Source: Octopus vulgaris | Taxonomy: Eukaryota | DNA length: 64,000 nucleotides | Reading direction: 5' to 3' | Assembly: GCA_951406725.2 (NCBI GenBank) | Contig: OX597820.1 | Span: 118,296,001-118,360,000 of the forward strand | Shown here: one piece after another, positions 56,905-64,000 of the stretch | How the letters are laid out: each line of letters begins with the position of its first letter | Position numbering within the stretch: the first letter of the stretch is position 1 | Notes under the pieces: model-generated | What the model was told of the DNA's origin: nothing | Database searches by the model: none | Seen by the model: only the letters and a program-made list of their open reading frames with translations | Made by a program: the position numbers and the translations under genes

Positions 56905-57480
56905 TCACACATACACACACATATGTGCTGGGGGAGAGAGAGTAATGTATATACATATATACACACCTATTCGTACATACATAGATACATACACACATAT
57001 ATACATATACACACACACAAACACACACACACATATATATGCGCACACATATGTTGGGGAAGAGTAATGTATATACATATATACATACCTATTCGTACAT
57101 ACATAGATACATATATATATATACACCCCCAATATGTATATATATACACACATATATACACACACACATACATATATACACACACATATATGTTGGGGAA
57201 GAGAGAGAGAAAGTAATGTATATACACATATACATACATACCTGTTCGTACATACACAGATACATACACGTATACATACGTATATATATATATATTCATA
57301 CACACACCCACACACACACAAACACACACACACATATATATATAGACATATATATATACACAGACATATGTTGGCGAAGAGAGAGAACGTAATGTATATA
57401 CACATATACATACACACCTGTTCGTACATACACAGATACATGTACGTATACATACGTATATATATATATTCATACACACC
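56905..57480. repeat. Composite tandem repeat built from microsatellite modules
   Basis: Four recurrences of ATATGTTGGGGAAGAG..GTAATGTATATAC..CCT(A/G)TTCGTACATAC. Confidence 0.8.
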
Positions 57481-57516
57481 TCCACACTCACACCCACACA
57501 CCCACATACACTAACA

Positions 57517-57592
<76 letters not shown>

Positions 57593-58231
57593 TATATAAT
57601 ACACACACATATATGTATGTATGTAGGTTTTCTGTATTTTATTAATAGTATACACACACACACACATATATATATTAAAAGAAAGAGAGAGAGATAAGTC
57701 ATTGATTTTAAAATAATTAGTTCTAATACTCAAAAGAAAAGACAAGAAATTCAAATCAGGAAAGTAAAACAGAAAACAAACCAAAAAAAAAAATCCCAAA
57801 ACAACAACAACAACAACAACAAGAACAAGAACAACAATACCACCACCACCACCACCACCACCACCACCACCACCACCACCACCACCACCAAAAGCATAAG
57901 CTTTGAATCAATGGTTCGGTTTGTCTATTTTTATCGATGCAAAGTAGCAGAGATTTGAACCTCGATTAATTAGATTGATTAATTCGTATTGAACTTTGAG
58001 TAAGTAAGAACTATTTCCTTGAAGTAAAATGTCTGTTGCAAAGGAATTGGTGATGTTTTGCGTGGGTTATTTGTGATGAAAATAGAAAGCGTGGAATATA
58101 TTTTATGGAGGTTGGAAAGTGAGAGAGATCCGTCGCTCGGAGAGAACTTGTCTGGAGAGAGACGGAATGTCAACTGGTGGTTGAAGTCTGAAATGAATTG
58201 GGAATGATTTGTGAGGAGGGGAAAATATTGT

Positions 58232-58634
58232 GGATCTTTTCGGTCTGAACGGCAGTTTTTTCTAGCGGTGTCATATGAAATTGTCACCCATAATTATGAC
58301 CCTAGTATCGATCTATTGCATTTCAATCTGTTTTAGAGTTAGAGGTGGGGGAAGGGTATCTTTTTTTTCTTCAGAAATGTAAATAAACCCAATCTATTTC
58401 TTAAACGAGTGACATATTCATACGGCACAGAATGTTTTTTTAGCTTAATAGACGTCATTGATTGGTTGAAATTGCAGAAATTGAAGAAAAAGACAACAAA
58501 TATCTTACAAACTATAGAACTATAGCCAAGAGAAAAAGATGATTTAAAAACACATTCTACCAGTATACGAAGTTTAACATTTTTTAGTTACCTAGAAATT
58601 ATGTTAAAAACTGCCATTCAAACCGAAAAGATCC
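58232..58634. mobile_element. MITE / non-autonomous TIR transposon, copy 1
   Basis: TIR GGATCTTTTCGGT(C/T)TGAACGGCAGTTTTT; 9-bp TSD AAATATTGT. Confidence 0.92.
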
Positions 58635-58910
58635 AAATATTGTGCCAGAGATTTATAAAGGAAGAAGATTTATGAGAGGAGGAGAACGGAGGTTAACGGA
58701 GGAGTAATGGAGGTTGAAAGGAGAAAGAGTCGATCTGTAGAAAATACTGGAAGCAAAGTCAATTGAAACATACACAAAAGAAATAGCACACGTACACACC
58801 TACACACCGACACACACAAATTTATATACAAACATACACATGCCTGCACATGCGTACATGTCTGTAAACTTAGGCGCCTACAGCTGGCAGTATTCCATGG
58901 GAGGCAACTC

Positions 58911-59374
58911 GCATCTTTTCGGTTTGAACGGCAGTTTTTAAAAATAATTTCCACGTAACTAAACACCTTTAAACTTCGTATATTGGTAGAATGTGTTTAT
59001 AAAACATCTTTTTCTCTTGGCTTTATTGAGAAAATTCTATAGTTTGTAAGATATTTGTTGTTTTTTTTCTTCAATTTCTGCAATTTCAACCAATCAATTA
59101 CGTCTATTGAGGTAAAAAAAACATTCTGTGCCGTATGAATATTCCCTCTTTTAAGAAACAGATTGGGTTTATTTACATTTGTGAAGAAAAAAATGATACC
59201 CTTCTCCCAACCCCTAACCCTAACCCTAACCCTAACCCTAGCTCTAACTAACCCTAACTAACCCTAACCCTAAAACAGATTGAAATGCAATAGATCGATA
59301 CTAGGGTCATAATTATGGGTGGCAATTTCATATGACACCGCTAGAAAAAACTGCCGTTCAAACCGAAAAGATCC
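58911..59374. mobile_element. Same MITE, opposite orientation, with an internal (CCCTAA)n array
   Basis: Same TIRs; 8-bp TSD GGCAACTC; telomeric repeats ~59212-59273. Confidence 0.92.
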
Positions 59375-59752
59375 GGCAACTCTTGAATCCCTCTCGGAAA
59401 ACGTTTCCTCATCATGTTTTTCGTTCTGCTTTTTATAACCACTGACTGATCCAGGATTGTAATTCACCTCCAGCATGAACGAAGCGATGCACTTCCGGCC
59501 TACATATCTGAAATGCTGTCAACATTATTTTCAAATTTTAGCGTAAAGCCAGCAATTTCGGGAAAGGTTTAAGCCGATTATATTAATCCTAGTGCTCATC
59601 TGGTACTTATTTTATTGACCCCGAAGGGATGAAAGCCAAAGTCAACCTTGGCGTACCAAGTGCAAAAGTCGTTACGAAACCGTCGTTAGCTTTGTTACCA
59701 GTTATATTCCATAACCAGTGATTTTCTGCTGGAAAATATATATAAAAAAAAA

Positions 59753-60126
59753 GAGTGGCTCTGTGGTAAGAAGCTTGCTTTCCTACCACATGGTTCCAGG
59801 TTCAGTCTCACTGCGTGGCACATTTGGCAAGTGTCTTCTGCTATAGCCGCGGGCCAACCAAAGCCTTGTGAGTGGGTTTGGTAGTCGGAAACTCAAAGAA
59901 GACCGTCATATATATCTGTGTTTGTGTGTCTGTGTTTGTCTCCCACCATCGCTTGACAACCGATGTTGGTGTGCTTACGACCCCGTAACTTAGCGCCTCG
60001 GCAAAAGACACCGATAGAATAAGTACTAGGCTTACAAAGAATAAGTTCTGGGGTCGATTTGTTCAATCAAAAAGTGGTGCTCCACCATGGCCACAGTCAA
60101 ATGACTGAAACAAGCGGATAAAAGAA
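59753..60126 (+). mobile_element. SINE family A
   Basis: Matches 11932-12341. Confidence 0.85.
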
Positions 60127-60547
60127 TCAAAGAATATTGCTGACGTCATAAGAATCCTAAAATATTTTCGGGAGAACGTGAAATGATTGTTTTTTTTTGT
60201 TTTTGTTTGGGATAGTGGATCTCGAAGCACACATAAAGCTATAAATAAATAATAGCAAGTAAATATTGGGTGGAAAACTTTTTGGAAAATGTCGAAGCCT
60301 ACCCGTGGGATTCGAACCTACAACTGTTGACAAGCTAGTTTCTACGCTGCGCAGTACAATTGTTTGCAAGTGAAGGCGCCTGGCTCGAACGCCTTGTTTC
60401 ACGTTACTCCAGTCTTCTCTGCTGGCAAAAATCAGTTCTACCCGTATTTCAAAGGGGCCAGCCAGTCCTGTAACATTCTGCGTCACGCTCAATCTTCTTG
60501 TGAACTACGTTAAGTGTAGGTGTGTCTGTTGTGTACTCAGCCACTTG

Positions 60548-60963
60548 CGGCGGCAAGCTTGCATGATCATTAGCATGTTGGGCGAAATGCTTAGTGGTAT
60601 TTCGTCTGTCGCTACGTTCTGAGTTCAAATTCTGCCAAGGTCGACTTTGCCTTTCATCCTTTCGGAGTCGAGTAAATAAGTACCAGTTACGCACGGGGGG
60701 CGATATAATCGACTTAATCCGTTTGTCTGTCCTTGTTTGACCTCTCTGTGTTTGGCCCCTTGTGGGGAGTAAAGAAATAGGTATTTTGTCTGCCGTTACG
60801 TTCTGATTTCAAGTTCCGCCGAGGTCAGCTTTGCCTTTTATCCTTTCAAGGTCGATAAATTAAGTACAAGCTACACAGTGGTGTCGATGTAATCGACTCA
60901 ATCCGTTTGTCTGTCCTTGTTTGTCCCCTCTATGTTTAGCCCCTTGTGGGTAATAAAGAAATA
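60548..60963 (+). mobile_element. Family B SINE dimer nested in a family C-like SINE (~60370-61035)
   Basis: Host sequence CTCAGCCACTTGC | AATTTCACGAGCAGG is split by two B units. Confidence 0.85.
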
Positions 60964-62421
60964 AATTTCACGAGCAGGCTGTTCGGTTGATCTAATCAAC
61001 TGGAACACTCGTCATCATAACCACCGGAGAGCCACGTCAGGTTAGGCCAGGTCGACAGAATGAGTTACTCATTAAATTGACGAATAATTAGTCGAATAAT
61101 TTCACAGTCAGGTATATCTCAGGCAGAATCAGCCTGTCTTTATAAAAGATTGGCTCTTTGGATTACATTTACAACCCTTCAGAAGGGCCTTTAACCATTG
61201 GCCGCCTCCCTAATTCATTAAAACTGTTTATTGAATAGAGGCAGTAGTAAAAGATACTTACCGCTATATCATGCAGTGGGATCGAACGTAGGGCCTCGGT
61301 TTGCTAAGGGATCTTCTTAGCCATTCGTTCACGCCTGCTTACACAAGCACAACTGTACAACCACACAATGGCAGTCATGCGCAGACGATGAAACCCTACT
61401 GGTTTCTTCGGATTTCTCCTGATTTCTAACATTACCGCAAGGCAAACTGCCAAATATATTTTGAGAGATGGAGAGTCGATTAAATCGATATTCCTGTTCA
61501 CTGCGGAAGAATCGAAACCAAAGTTGACATTGGTGCCATTGGAACTCAAAGATTAAATACGTTGTAATAAAAACTGCAAGGAATTTCGCCCGATGTTTCG
61601 CCAATCCCGAAAGAGAGGGAGATTAAATCAACACCCAGTCCCCAGTATTTGATCGGTATTTAGATGAATGATCGATGAAGACGCCTCTGTCGTGGCTTGA
61701 ACTTGCAACATAGAGCAACAATATATATTGCAAAGCATTGTTTTTTGTAGATCTACAGATTCTGCTAATCCACTGCACTCCGCCACAAATATGATTCTTT
61801 TCTTTCGTACCGCACGATATCTCTTAATCCTGTTCTGCTATTTATTTCATAAAAAACCCAGAATGAATAGAAGCCCACTCCATCCGGATTAAATTTGAAA
61901 ACGTAACGTAAAGCGATCGAACTAATTAAAGGAAAGCGTTTCCGTCTGGCGATCGACCTATTTCAGTTAATTGGCTGCCTCTGAATCAGCAATACAATAT
62001 AAAAGAAAAAAACACGAACAACAGAACGAAACGACAAAAGAAGAAAAAAAATGGTTTAGTTTGAATATATAATAAAGTCACTGTTTTAAATTCTATCCTT
62101 TTGTTTTGGTTGTTTTCGTGTTTAACAATAAACAGAAAATTCTATTTTCTAGAAGGAAATTAACGTTGTAATATATAATGATATATTATCGTAGATATTA
62201 ATTTCTTTTTCGACTGAATTTCACTGTTATTTACTGTCGTTTATCTTATAAAGCGGGAAAATATTGGCAGCACTGCATTGTAGCACAAGTGAATACAAAG
62301 ACGCAATGGCGAGCAATACTGCAAACAATGGGAATATGCAGTTTTGCGATATTGATTGTCTGTAATGGGGTAACCGAGTGAACGTTGAAGCTGCGGTGCA
62401 TGGATAATATAATAATATAAT

Positions 62422-62651
62422 GACGGCGAGCTGGCAGAAACGTTAGCACGCCGGGCGAAATGCTTAGCGGTATTTCGTCTGCCGTTACGTTCTGAGTTCA
62501 AATTCCGCCGAGGTCAACTTTGCCTTTCATCCTTTCGGGGTCGATAAATTAAGTACCAGTTACACACTGGGGTCGATGTAATCGACTTAATCTGTTTGTC
62601 TGTCCTTGTTTTTTCCCTCAGTGTTTAGCCCCTTGTGGGTAGTAAAGAAAG
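62422..62651 (+). mobile_element. SINE family B, full length
   Basis: GACGGCGAGCTGGCAGAA head, GAGTTCAAATTCC B-box, Nin-like domain. Confidence 0.9.
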
Positions 62652-63011
62652 AGATAATGTAATATCGTGTGTGATGTGTGATATTTCATTGTGTGTGGGG
62701 GAGATTGAGAGCTTCAGGGTGACGTAGGGGTTTTAGGTAGTCTTATAGAATGTCTTACAGCATTCATTCCCGTTCTCAGTGTTCAAATCCTGTTGTCGCC
62801 CACTTTGCTTTTCCATCTCTCGAGGGACGGGAAAGTCAATAGATAAAGTACCAGACGAGTAAAAGAGACGATTAAAAAAAAAATCTTTTATTCTTTCTTC
62901 CCGGAAGAAATTGGTTTCGGTTGGAGTTGAAGTTGGATGGGGTTTCCGAACCCCCCAAACCCAGACCAGCCGAGTGTGACAATGGTGTCCCCTAAAACTA
63001 TATTAGTTGTA

Positions 63012-63180
63012 TTGGTTGGCATCCTTTTTGTCTCGGGAGACAATGGAGTTGCGCATAAAGTAGTCTAGTCCGGCTCTTACATTTCATGTCCTGATACATT
63101 TCCTGCTGTGGCTGTGTAGTCCTATCCTGGACAAACACGCCCTCTGGCAGGTACCGCAAATGTAGCGAAGACTGTTCCTG
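63012..63180 (-). pseudogene. 3' tip of an RTE/BovB-like LINE
   Basis: Frame not in the ORF track: YICGTCQRACLSRIGLHSHSRKC; 3' UTR hairpin GTCTCCCGAGAC. Confidence 0.75.
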
Positions 63181-63569
63181 GCTGGTTGTAAAGGGTAAAA
63201 AATAGATGGAGAAGTGTGGTAGAATTCCATAGAACATTATCGCTCTCATTCAGTCGAGATTAACTCAGAGGATAAAAGAAATGTCCATAAATAGAGACAA
63301 AATAAAGAATCTTATTAGTCTGCAAGTTTGTTTTCAGATATAAACTACCCGGAATAAATGCAACGAAACATGAAATCCGCCTTGGTCACCACCAGAAACT
63401 ACAGACATACAATACTTGGCAGAGGAGAGAGAGTAACCTGTTCGAATTACTACGAGATACTCTACAACAATAAAAAATAAATGTGGCCTTGCACTAGTCA
63501 AAGATGGGAGAATGGATCTATGGACAATATCTATCGAGGTAATACAGTTCTTTATTTAAGCTATGAGGA

Positions 63570-63877
63570 TTTATTTACATTATTTACATTATTTACATTT
63601 GACAGATATTTATCCTCATTTTGTTTGTTGTTAACACAACGTTTCGGCTGATATACCCTCCAGCATTCATCAGGTGTCTTGGGGGAAATTCTGAACCTGG
63701 TTTCTCATTCCTAAGGTATTTTTCGATGTTTTTGTTATTATTATTATTATTATTGTTATTATTATTGTTATTATTATTGTTATTATTATTATTATAATTA
63801 TTCAGGTCATTGCCTGGAATCGAACTCAGAATCTTGGGGTTAGCAGCCCGCACTCTTAACCACTACGCCATATGCCC
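63570..63877 (-). mobile_element. tRNA-headed SINE with internal (AAT)n and a hammerhead
   Basis: A-box TGGCGTAGTGG, B-box GAGTTCGATTCC, (AAT)n, HHR, AATGTAAAT-repeat tail. Confidence 0.75.
63633..63678 (-). ncRNA. Minimal type I hammerhead, canonical core
   Basis: GACAC-CTGATGA-AT-GCTG..CAGC-C-GAAA-CG-TT-GTGTT; AACGTT palindrome. Confidence 0.8.
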
Positions 63878-64000
63878 GTTGGCATATGGCATAGTGGTAT
63901 TCGGTTGTCTAGTTTCCTGCCACAGGTTTGTTTGACCAAGACTAAGGCTTACATAGCATAATTATCCCGATGAGTTACGACCAAAATAGTACAGATCTAA

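Noticed and set aside
59212-59273. Telomere or chromosome fusion site
   Set aside because: The array lies inside a TIR/TSD-bounded MITE

Overview
Eukaryotic, AT-rich, repeat-saturated non-coding DNA, most likely from an octopus (an inference from the SINE, microsatellite and Dong-type repertoire). I recognised no intact host gene; almost all ORFs in the track are microsatellite artefacts. The window holds four mariner/Tc1 relics (one full-length with TIRs), RTE and RLE-type (R4/Dong-like) LINE fragments, five non-autonomous Helitrons, two TIR MITEs (one carrying a telomeric array) and several tRNA-derived SINE families. The main signal is about 19 type I hammerhead-ribozyme (HHR) motifs from about 9 sequence families, found by eye. 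Most lie in short elements in or beside (TA)n tracts with Penelope-like architecture (tandem or inverted terminal repeats; one has a GIY-YIG fragment). They include two retrozyme-like tandem units (478 and 550 nt cleavage-to-cleavage), a multi-copy family with a non-canonical CUGUNGA core, and a tRNA-headed SINE carrying a hammerhead. Coordinates were counted by hand and may be off by a few bases. Ribozyme activity is predicted, not shown.
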